A stretch of DNA of 63,263 bases, the filler included, from Dugesia japonica (Eukaryota), in assembly GCA_001938525.1 (NCBI GenBank). It is 6 parts of 6 records of this genome, joined end to end, with 100 filler letters (N's around TTAATTAATTAA, not from the genome) between each part and the next. Parts side by side here need not be neighbours in the genome. Positions count along the whole stretch, not along the records: positions 23,018 to 35,529 come from MQRL01595662.1; positions 35,630 to 43,908 come from MQRL01617983.1; 4 more parts are not named here. One strand, written 5' to 3'. This document shows positions 26,075 to 39,700 of this stretch, piece after piece. The translations under genes were made by a program, and so were the position numbers. The stretch's first letter is position 1; every line of letters begins with the position of its first letter. The notes below the pieces were generated by a model. That model was given only the letters and a program-made list of their open reading frames with translations, ran no database searches and was not told where the DNA came from.

Positions 26075-26643
26075 AACTCATTACTCAAACGTAATTATGT
26101 AGAACACTGGAGGTTATTAAAAATATATATAAAATTAGGTACCAAATTTATACAGGATAATATTTTTAAAGAATACATAGATAGCAATACAAAATTAAGA
26201 TCTCAAAGCCAATCGAAATTGGACAAAAATTATTATAAGCTGTTGAACAACAGTCTTTATGTAAAGTCTGTTGAAAATTTGAAGAAACGTCCGAATCTCC
26301 GGCTCTGTAAATCAGCTGAAAAGATGATGGCCTACATCTCAAAGCCTGAATTCAATAAAACTATTAACATAGATACTAACCTATTAGCAGTGTTACTCAA
26401 TAAAGACATTGTTTGTCTGGATCGTCGAAGTTATATCGGTCAAAGAGTGAAAATACTTCTAAGAAAGCTAAGGGTATGACATTAAAAGGTACCGACATAA
26501 ACCACTAGTCGTATCTTGATCGTGATAATAATAATCTAAAGGTCCCAATTAACCAATTTAGAATTTGCAGTAAAGATCATCAACTATTTAGCATTAATGG
26601 TCTTAAAGTAGCTTTGATTAACACAGACGATAAGCGTGTATAG
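26075..26643 (+). pseudogene. Protein-primed family B DNA polymerase (Polinton/adintovirus pPolB), C-terminal fragment
   Basis: FKEYIDSNTKLR..YYKLLNNSLYVKSVENLKKR (the KLxNNxxYGK..EN motif B), ..SYIG, and C-terminal KVALINTDDKR at ~26605-26640. Confidence 0.85.
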
Positions 26644-27559
26644 GTAGCTAAAAATATTAAAGTCTACCATACAGACATCATAGTATTTCAAACCGTTTTG
26701 TATATTATTAAATGTTCAAAATGTAGTTTATTATTATTTGTAAAGATCCGAATGGAATTAGAAAAATTTATTTATATATAGAGAGATTAGATCATTTAAA
26801 GTAGTTTCCTGATATTATTTTTTCCTATTTATATTTGCTCATAAAGTATTTCCTATTTATATTTCGATTTTGAAAAAATTGAATTAAATAAAATTATTAT
26901 AAGTTAAAAATATTATTTTTCAAAAGCGATTGGCGCTTGTCCAGTGATCGCAATTTTCAATTGTACCATTTGACAAAAAATTTAGACAAAATTCTAAAAC
27001 AAAATAGACAGCCAATGTATCAGATGAGCACCATGCATTGTCAATAAAATTATAATAAAATAATCTGGAAAAAATGAAATAAAAACCTGCTACTGAATGA
27101 CACACAATCATAAAATTCATAAAGAAGAAAATAAACTGAAGTGGGGCCTCCGCCATAAGCGTCAAAAGTGACGATAAAATTCACTATAAAAAATAGTAAG
27201 ATCACCAAATCACTTTGAAAATTTTATTTTTAAGCTCTTAACTGATTAATTTGATAAATCGTTAAGCAACAAATTTTGGTAATTTGACCAAAACTATTTT
27301 GAAAAGAAAATTAATTTTATATTTTGTATTGTTAATATCGAGATCAGCGTTTCTTAATTTATTTTGCTCATGGAACTTTTTTAACATTTTAAAGGTTTTT
27401 TGGAACCCCAAATAATTATAAAAAAAATTAAAATCCGACAGAATAAATTTAAATATGATACCGTCTATTACCAACAATCAAAATTTTTGTTTTTTATCAA
27501 ATTATTTATTTAATTTTTAAAACTTCAAATTTGTATAATAATGAGAAATTACATAAATT

Positions 27560-29517
<1,958 letters not shown>

Positions 29518-29993
29518 GGTAAATTTAAATGTTAATAATTAATACGAATAATTAAATTTGAAGTCGTNNNNNNNNNNNNNNNNNNNNNNNNNNNNNNNNN
29601 NNNNNNNNNNNNNNNNNAAATTTAAATGTTAATAATTAATACGAATAATTAAATTTGAAGTCGTATTATTTGTAATTTACGCAAAACGTTGCTTAGCTAA
29701 TATTTTAATTAATTGAATAACTATTTATTAAGATATAATAAGCAGAAATATATATTTACAAATTTCTTATTAGAATATAACTAAATTATCTTCAAAGTCA
29801 AGTATAATTTGTAGATAATGAACAAAAAATTGCTTAAATAATATGGAAATCAATTTAATAGTTGATAAAAATTTGAAGTATTACAAATAAATATGTAATT
29901 ACATTTCTTTTTAAAATAAGCAGAGTTAAACACATTCCATTGAGAACACTTACTAACTTATGTTTATTTATTTAATTTTTAAAAATCAAATTA

Positions 29994-31497
29994 TTAAAGA
30001 ACTTTTTTAAATATACCAGTTGCCATAGTAGTGTTGGGGTTCCACCTGAATAGATGATAAAACGGAAAAACTGACCGAGGAAAACGGCCCTCAGGGGTTC
30101 CCTTTCGAGAATTTAAATCTAACGCCCCTATGTTAGATCTTCGACGCAGAGCGGTTGATCTTCGACCTTTACGGGAGGTGCTCACTCGTACATCTTTGTT
30201 TCGGGTTACTTATTTTCCCTCATTATTTTACCCAACAAACCGATCAACACATCAATAATAACTACATTATATTTCAAGAATTACAATTCATCCAGAGCAC
30301 CAGGGTCTAACCACTGGGCCGGATCGGTAACCAAAAAATCAAAAGACGCTTGGTCATAACTATTGTCCTATTGGATCCACGTTGGATTCCCCAGTTGACG
30401 CGATAGGTCAGATATATACTGTTTGAGGAAATCTATCTTTCGCTGAAGTAATTGTTTACACTGGTTTCTAGGTTTTTTGTTTGGACTGCAAGATAGTTCT
30501 GTTTCTTTATGATTAGATCTAGTTTTTTTATTAACTCGCTGTGCGAGATGTCTCAAAAGTTCACGTTCGGTCTGGCGCTTAAGGTGTCTCTCTACCAGTA
30601 ATCGACGCATTATTCTGTGACAACGTATTAGATTGTCGGGGAATGTAATTTGTGGCACTGAATTAGAAGGCATTAATTTCGGTATTTAGTTCAATATAGA
30701 TATGCTAGTAAATAAATGGGTGCCAAACGTAATAACAATTTAGCCAAAAAGACAATTTTATTAATGAAAAAGGAATTGATAGAATTCATGGGCGAGTCGT
30801 TTGGGTTCCTTTATCTACCATAAGAGGCGCGAGCGACATGATCCTTTTTAACTTCAAGATATCGTTGACCAGTTTATTTTCTCGGTCTTGGTAGGACCGG
30901 ATGACTTCAGTAAATGATTCTAGTTGATTCTTCCTCGCCCTCTGTCTTTAAGGCTAGACATTTCTTTTTGTAACGACGGACTTCGGCTTCGGCAGATGTA
31001 GAATCTGGTTCCCACCGCCGTTTCGAAATTTTATAAAGATCACATGTAAGTAGGTAGACAGTAGCGCACTAGATCACCCCCCAGACAAAGAACATGAGTC
31101 ATCGGCCGATAGAACAAAGACAATGACTCATCGCGATGAGTGATCGTTTTTCTAGATCAGTATAATAGATCTGTAATAACTTGAAATTAAAATCAAACTT
31201 AGCGATTTACTAAGTTATTAAATAGTACGTGAAAAGAAAAATTGCAAAACATTCAAGTAAGATGTGTAATTTATATTTAATTTAGATTAAAGATAAAACC
31301 AGTTACGGTAGTCAGTTATCTCCGTCTATATTAACGACACAATGCAAGGGAAATAATTCAGCGAAGCATTGAAGGTCCAGTTCATCCGGGGTAGGAATAT
31401 GATCTGGAAAGAGAAGATGTGCAACTAATTGATTCCGACGGATCCGCTTACGTTCCCGGCGAATGACACGGAAGGCGTTAGTTAAAATGGTGGACAT
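29994..31497 (-). other. Cluster of small, relatively GC-rich, co-oriented ORFs (virus-like accessory genes)
   Basis: ORFs 29994-30185, 30368-30673, a frameshifted 30786-31035 and 31312-31497. Intronless, basic/coiled-coil, with a second partial copy at 23018-23480. Confidence 0.45.
31049..31160 (+). mobile_element. Truncated Polinton-type terminus with TGACTCA sites
   Basis: AGTAGGTAGACAGTAGCGCACTAGATCACCCCC..catgagtcatc..gacaatgactcatc, same family as 7924. Confidence 0.65.
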
Positions 31498-31804
31498 TGA
31501 TCTGAATAAAATTAATTAATGATACCCACTGAATTCTCTTGTTTACGAAAATGTGGATGGTGTTGCAATAATTATTCGAGTTTAAAATTCATCGTTCAGT
31601 TTGTCACGCTCGTAATCCACAAATAATATTAGACTACTCAATTAACAATTAGTTTGTATAACAACAGGGAAATTATGATATTACAGGGTTCCCTATCATC
31701 GTTGCCCCCAAAACAATCTTAAATATTAAAAAGAAAACATCAATTATAGTTTATCGGAATATTGATGCCCTAGTATCTATCACCAAATTCCACCGGTTCG
31801 CTAT

Positions 31805-32160
31805 AATAATAGCATCAACTAATAACAACAACACTTAAAATAGTAAGAATAGTATTGTTAATAAGAATAATCATTATAACGACAATAATAATAATACCGG
31901 TGATAAGAATAATAAAATTAGCAATACATATAATAACGATAATCATGATATTAGTTCTAATGATAATACTATTAATATTAATACTAATAATAATAATAAT
32001 GATCATGTTAATAATAAGAATAATAATAATGATAAAAATAATGATAATAATAATGATAATGATAATAATAATACTAGTAATGACCATAATATTAATACAA
32101 AATTACTATCAGTAATAATAATCCTAGTGCCAAGAGCAATAATAACCACGATAATTGCGT
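31805..32160. repeat. Degenerate (AAT)n microsatellite
   Basis: Runs of ata/atg/aat triplets that produce spurious poly-Ile ORFs. Confidence 0.85.
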
Positions 32161-33399
32161 AATATGAAATGAATAGGGGATTGTTAATACCTAATAAACG
32201 TAATAGTTAATCATTCATAATGCTAATCATTGATATTGTCAAACTTAATGAATCATAGAGAGAGTAATAACGCATTGATATCTGTGATAATATTTATTCA
32301 TGGTGACAATTGGGACAGATAGAGAGCATACTCTCGAATAGATTACAAGAGCAATATTCGTCATTTATCACAATAGGAATAGCGCCAAGAACCTAATGAC
32401 TATAGTCAGCTGATCAGAATCCTTTATCGATCTAGTCCACCTCAATAATTATTATTTCACATTTATATCCAATCAACGAAAGGTTAAATAGTTCGACCCT
32501 TATATTTTTAATAACTAACAGAATGACGACATAGTTGATTTATAGAGCTTTGGTGGAGAACCATTTTCCACGCCATACCAATAGTCACGGTGGCTCGAGG
32601 ACTTAACACATCCATGAAGAATCAGGAACAGTTTTATTTTCGACTAGTAGTATGAGAAATTATCCAGTCAGGTTATTATGATAATTAACTCTTCTGAATT
32701 ACCACCGTTAGGTATGATTGCAGAAGAAATACTACAGTAGGAATAAATCTCGAAAGTCACCGGATCTGAATTCATCACACAAGTATTTGAGTCTTGGCTA
32801 ACCTAACCCATCAATAAGATAACTGGTTAACCGCAGATATGGTTTAGTGATACCGGACATGTTCTCTGTTATAACTGTCATAATTCGTCACCAGTCTAAC
32901 ATGAATCATCAATATTGCTGTCTGGTTGGCACACCTACTGATTCGTTGGATTAGGATATTAAGTCACTTTGTGTAACTCACTTGTAAAATCAAAACGATG
33001 TCTATTGGAGTTTAATTATCTCCAGTGTTGTTGTGGTGTTTTTAAGAGGATGGGCCTGTCATTAAAACGTCTGATCGGCAATTTTGGTGAGAAATAGAAA
33101 AGAATATCACAAAACATTCAGGAATCAGTTACTAATTGGGCAATTTACTAGATAAAATTCATTTATAATCTAAATTATTTTGTTGTAAATTAAATAAATA
33201 TAAAATTAACATAGATAAGTTCATTTATTTATAAAATATAATACATAAATAACAAATAAACATATCACTCACTATTTAAAATTTTGTATTTGAATAACTG
33301 CNNNNNNNNNNNNNNNNNNNNNNNNNNNNNNNNNNNNNNNNNNNNNNNNNNNNNNNNNNNNNNNNNNNNNNNNNNNNNNNNNNNNNNNNNNNNNNNNTA

Positions 33400-34292
33400 T
33401 TACTTTAATTTCTTTCGACCAAATAGCGTTGAGAATATTTGCAAAATTTCAGTATGTCGATTTGACGTAGTTAATTTCTTATAAGAATATATTTTTTTTC
33501 TTCAACTGAATTCACAACAATACTTGTATTAGTAATTAAAATTATCAATCACTGTGATAGTTAGGATGATTTCAACTTGTGTTTTTTGTCGTTAAATAAG
33601 GGTCCCTTTTATATGGTTTTCCGATGCAACCCGGCATCATTACTATTGGATTTCTATTTTTGATTTGAAATCCTTAATTCTCATTGGCGTTGATGCCAAT
33701 TTTTAGATTTTTTTGCAGAGTTTCAACACCCGCATTGGCCGTTATTTTTAGACCATCAGGTGAGATTTGATGCTTTGTTTTATTTTTATTTCTAGGACCC
33801 TCATTGGCCCAATTTTTGAAACTTTGTAACCACCCTCTCCATGGTGCTATACTTTTCTTCTTGCGAAAATCCAATGCTTCTCAATGTTTTCTTTTTAGAT
33901 GTTCTTACCCGAACTCTCTCTGGTTTTTCTGAGNNNNNNNNNNNNNNNNNNNNNNNNNNNNGACTAATTTTAATTTATTTTATTTCACAATTAATTAATT
34001 TTTCTTTGATAATTAATTGTTATATAAATATAATTTCCTTGATTTTTATTATTAGCCTCATGATTTCTTTTGATTATTATTGATGATGTGGTTTCACTTT
34101 ATTCACCCCTGTCCTTTGGATCCATTTTTACTTGTATGTTCCTCTTTTTCAATGGTTATTTGCATTATGTCCCAAATCTGATTTCGATTGCTTTACATTT
34201 CAAATACTTTTGATAATCACTCTACTGTCCTCCCTTACTGATTTGAAATTTGGATCAACATTTCGTCTCTAACTGGGTGTTTAACCCCAACA
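33400..34292 (-). mobile_element. Partial LTR of the TGTTGGGG family
   Basis: Minus strand starts TGTTGGGGTTAAACACC (compare 59812) and has several CCAAT boxes plus TATAAAAG at ~33610-33810. Confidence 0.55.
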
Positions 34293-36702
34293 GTAGAAAA
34301 AATAATTAATACTTACTATATAATACAATTAAATCTAGCATTGTTTTTCAAATACCGTGTATTTTAAGAAGAAATATTTGAAAATTCAAATTTGTAAACT
34401 TTATAAAAAAATTTCAACTTATAAACTAACTTATATTATCTATTTAGATTAAGGTAATATTATATTATTAATTAAATTTATTTTAATAATGTAAATATTT
34501 TAAATAATTTCTATAAAATTAGAAAATGTTTACAAAATTTTATGAATTATTAGTGTTCTTTGTAAATATTTAGGATTTATGACAAATTCCATGCGTATCT
34601 CTTTAGTTTAAATAGAGAGCTTAATTTCACTTTTAGCACCCTTTTTTCAAGTCTTATCAAAAGGTCTAAAACTTCTACAGTTGCAGACCATAAGATAAAA
34701 ATAATAACGTTGAATTGATAAATTTTGCAAATTATCTATTGGAATTTAATAAAAATTTTAAAAGTAAAATTTCTTAATCGATCAAAAAAATATACGATTG
34801 AATATGCCAACGCATAAATGAATGATGGTGTTCTATTTTTAGGGCCATCACCTTCAGATATTAAAAAATCATTTAAAAAAATGATCAATTATTAGTCAGA
34901 TGCAAAACTAATATAGTTTTCTAGTAAACTATTTTTGCACCAGAGTTACATTATTATTCTTGATTATGACGTTAAATATATTAATTTAAATTTGTATTTC
35001 ATAATTCATAATAAACATTTGTTATTTTGATAAAAATTTATTTATTTATTTAATAAAGCCAATTGAATCAAAATTTCGATTCAATAACTATTTTAAAATA
35101 AACCAACATAGAAGTAGACTATAACACGTAATGATAATGATGAAAAATAAAAGAATTTTGTAAAAAACTAAAATATTAGGGTATTCAAAGAAATTTGTCC
35201 AAATTAGATGTGTTGGGCTAGAACATATAATTTTAGTGCAAAAGAGCTAACCAAGTATCCCCAAATAATACGAAATTAATAGAGAACCAGCGGAAAACTA
35301 AGTGCTGGACCAGATATTTTGCCTGATAGTATCATTATTATTATGTAATTATTATTATTATAATTATTATACGAGTATTATTGATACGGAAGAAAAATGA
35401 AAATTGGGCGTGGATGACCCAAATTTGGAGATACAACTATGAAATTTGGATGTAAAATTAGGAAATAATAAGACAAATAATAAAAATAATATAAAATACT
35501 ATAATAAAATATTAAAGGGGCCTCTACGANNNNNNNNNNNNNNNNNNNNNNNNNNNNNNNNNNNNNNNNNNNNTTAATTAATTAANNNNNNNNNNNNNNN
35601 NNNNNNNNNNNNNNNNNNNNNNNNNNNNNATTGCCACTTTTTCTCAAGTTTTTCTATTTTTTTGCCCTTTATTCGCGGATTTGGCGCTCCCTCTCCAGAC
35701 CCTCGTATTCACCCAGGATTTTAGGGCCTGGGGGGTGGGTGTGCCAATCCCGCCTTTTAACTCTACTATGGTTGTATTTTACAATGTCAGTATGGTAAAC
35801 TCATACTTTTATCATACAATATATGTACTGAATGCTATTTTAAATTGAATGCTATAATTGTCAGAGCCATACGATAAGTTTTGACCGAGCAATTTATAAA
35901 ACAATTCAAAGTGTTCCAGTGTGCTAGTACCCTTATTCTAATACAATTGATACCAAATTTGAAACTAGAATAAAAATTGACCAAAATACTATAAAAATGT
36001 TGACATTTAAACTTCCTGAGCAAAAAATTGACCATTCCAATCCCAATTCGAAAATGTTTTTTACGTATTCGTAACTTGAAATCAAAATTCTACATTTCTA
36101 AAAAAAATCAAAACACCAGAATTAGAAAACAGTTTGGGAGAAGTGTTTCAGTGTGCTAGTATCTATCTACTATTTCTCAAAATTATATATTGATTTGGCA
36201 CTTATGAACCTTGTGAATGAATGATATAATATATTTCTCGAAAACAAATAATTTCATTGAATTAGTTAAAGTTCTGGATACTAATACACATACTATTGTT
36301 TTCACTGATTGTACTATTCTTCTTAATTACAATGGTTTTAATTTCTCCACCTCGCAACAGACTGTATGAGTTCATTTATTTGTGACAGCGTTCTTGTTTC
36401 CTTTAATTTCATTTTTTATTTTTATTAATTCTTATTTGCTGTTCTACATCAAAATTTAGTGTAGTTTTATGTAATGAATTTCTATTTTCATATTCAACTT
36501 TATTTTTGAAAAAGAAATATTTCTTCCGAAATTTTAATGTTTCAATGGTGTATAAGACTTCAAACATTAAATTATATATAGAAACACTATTTATATATGA
36601 AAGCTAAATGTTATCAGCGGTTAATTAAATATTTTCACAATATATTTGCCAATAAATTACACTTAAAAAGATACACTTTTAACTGTTAACTGTTCTGATG
36701 GT

Positions 36703-39700
36703 TCATTTAAGGAAATCTGATTTGAGTAAAGTTTCAGCATCTTGGCGTTTTATTGGATCTGCTTGAATCATCAAATCAAGAAATGCTTTCAAGTCATTTG
36801 AAATATGTGATGGATAATCCAATTTCTTCTCATCTCTAATTTTGAGTACAACTGTATACCTATTGTAGTCAGCCAAAGGCGGTTTACCTGTAAATTACCA
36901 TAAATAAATATACGTTTTTAAAGTAATAATTTTATTAAGAAATTTCAAGTGGGAAGAGTTAAAAATGTGTACAAATAAAAATGGTATACAATTTAACCAA
37001 ATATTTTTGTAAAAACTATCCGTCTTAATTGGAAAAATCTGTTAATCTAGAAATGCAACTTTACTAAAATAAATATTATATGATTGATATATTTACAAAA
37101 TAGAAAATAGTACATTTAATATAAAAGCTTTGATCAAAAGTTTTGTTTTTTTATTGATATTGGATAACGATTCGATATTTCAACCTCTGCTTCGTCACGA
37201 ATTAAGTTTTCTTTTAGGAAAAAAAGTCAATTCCTGACGAAGACAAGGTCGAAATATCGAACTGTTATCCAATATCAATATTAAAAACCAAAATTTTGAT
37301 AAAAGCTTTTATATTAAATGAATTCTATAAAACGATCAATGGTTATGTCCAATAATTAATCTCGTAATAATTGCAATTGTAAAATAGAAAATAGTTGTTT
37401 AAATATTATAAAATATGTATTTTTAAAATTTTGTTACAAACACTGTTAGAAGAATTAATCAATTGGTTAAGTGACAAAAAAAGTTTTTCAAAACCTTTTC
37501 AATTGATGTAAATATTTCTTTCTAATTTTAATCAACTTTTTACGCAAAGATGAACAAACGATTAGATTTAGCGTAACGTTCCAAACTGCTTTTTAAATCG
37601 TTAGAAGAAGAAACATATCTAGAAATTTAATAAATAATTTTAATTAAATTAAATTAATTAAACAACTAGTGGTTTAAGACAAAATTAACAAAAATATATC
37701 ATATCAAGTGAACTAATCCGTAGTTAATATGGTAACAAAATTAATTATTTTTTTATAATTACTATTATTGTGAGAATAATTGTTGGACTTAACCATTGAT
37801 CGCATTTGAGATTTCATTTAAATAAGATAAAGCTTTGATCAAAACAAAATTTATTTATAAAACAGTTCAAATTTTCGACAATAGCCTTCTTTAGGAACCT
37901 GTTGGCTTCTTGAGATATTCAATACAATAAATCTTTGTTACTAAATTCTTTAAATTTTATCATGTTACATTCCAATTTTACTTTTTCATTTCTTATCTTT
38001 CATAAAAAAACAATTAATCACGATTTTCACCATGAAGGCAGTTTTTTACGGTTAAAGTTCATGAGACATTCCTATGTTACTTTTTAATTTCTTATTCAAC
38101 CATGTATTTTGTTTTTCAATAAAATGAAAAGTGGGCTGATGCGCCATTATCTACCTACTCTCACGTTGTTCTTTTTTCAGCATGAAGGAAGCCTTTTTCG
38201 TTAATTGTTCTTTAGACAATGTATAGACACTTTTTAATTCTAAGGTCAATGATTTCATTTTCAAGTTAAAAAATTGAAACCTACGCGCCTAAAAATAAAA
38301 TTCTTAAAATTTTAGATTTCTAAAAACCAACCATTTTCGTTGAACACATTGAATATATGAAATGTAGAGAATTAAATTCTATATCTTTTATATATAGGTT
38401 ATGTTGCAGCATTTTTTAAAATAAATTTTTAGTTAGACAGTTTTCAAATCCTCAAAAAGAAATATGTATGCCACCAACACACAAACTGAGAATTTGAAGA
38501 GGACAGAAGTTCTTAGAATTAAATTTTGCATCTATATGTTAAAAATATAACTTTCTACGACCTTTATCTTATACGGCTATGGGTTGGTGAGGGGAGGGCT
38601 GATCTCCGAAACGAAGCACTTTTTGGTAGTAGTACTTTAGGTCATGTATAGGTATTTTATGATTTTAAGAAGAATAGAATCGGTTTCGAATAAAAAAAAT
38701 TAAAATTTACAAATTTTAAATGTAACGAATTTCTCACACCTTGACGTACCACAAACTTTTCAACATAATAATCAGGTTCGTCATGACATTACGATTCTAA
38801 CGATACAAATTTTGACTAAATTAAAACAACAAATGACTATTAAAAAATCATTAAAAATAATTGAAATAAAAAAAATAAAAGGTAAAAATAATTTTAAAAA
38901 TAAAGTCAAAAACATTCAGCTCAAAAATCTTCAGCCTAGAATTTTTTAACCCAGGACGTGGTGGGAAGTAGGAGGTGGGCTGATGCGCCACTATCTGTCT
39001 ACTTACATGTAGAGAGATTTAATCGCACATTAATTTAAAAATATAATATATCTAAATATCTAAAATATCTAAAAAACTTTACTCTTTAATAAAAAAATTT
39101 CTGAGTTAATTTAAAAATAAAAATTAAAATCCATAATTAAAATGAACCAATAAAATTTCAATTAAATCTAAAGAATTGAGTAACAATGATCTATTGCATT
39201 GAAAAGATATTTTATTGAACAGATACTTTGTACATGTTGATAGTAAGTCTTGGGTAAATGTTTTACCGAAACTCATTCATAGTTATAATCATTCTAGTCA
39301 TAAGGAACTAAATGGAACAAGACCAGTTGATGTAAGTACAAACAATAAAATAAAAAATATGATTATCGCTCAAACAGTTAAAAGCAAATAAAAAAACCAA
39401 AGTATAAAGTTGGTGATCATCTTAGAATCTCGCAAATATCAGTTTCACCATTTATCAAGAATTTCAATAGTAAGTGGAGTGATGAAGCGTTTCAAATAAC
39501 GAAAATAAACATGAAACGAAATTCGGTCATGTATGTTATTAAAGATTATGAAGATAATATCGTGCAAAGAAAATTCTATAAGCAAGAATTACAACTCATT
39601 CCACCAATAGAGATATATAGAATAGAAACAATAATCAAATCAAAAGAAACAGGAAAGAATAAACAATTATGTGTAAAGTGGCAAGATACGATAAAACAAA

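Noticed and set aside
31815-32115. Poly-Ile ORFs on both strands (also 53831-54085)
   Set aside because: These are translations of AAT/ATT microsatellites.
39035-39222. Spliceosomal intron in the Polinton integrase
   Set aside because: There is no GT donor at the junction, and the sequence recurs at ~40480-40650, so it is a repeat insertion.
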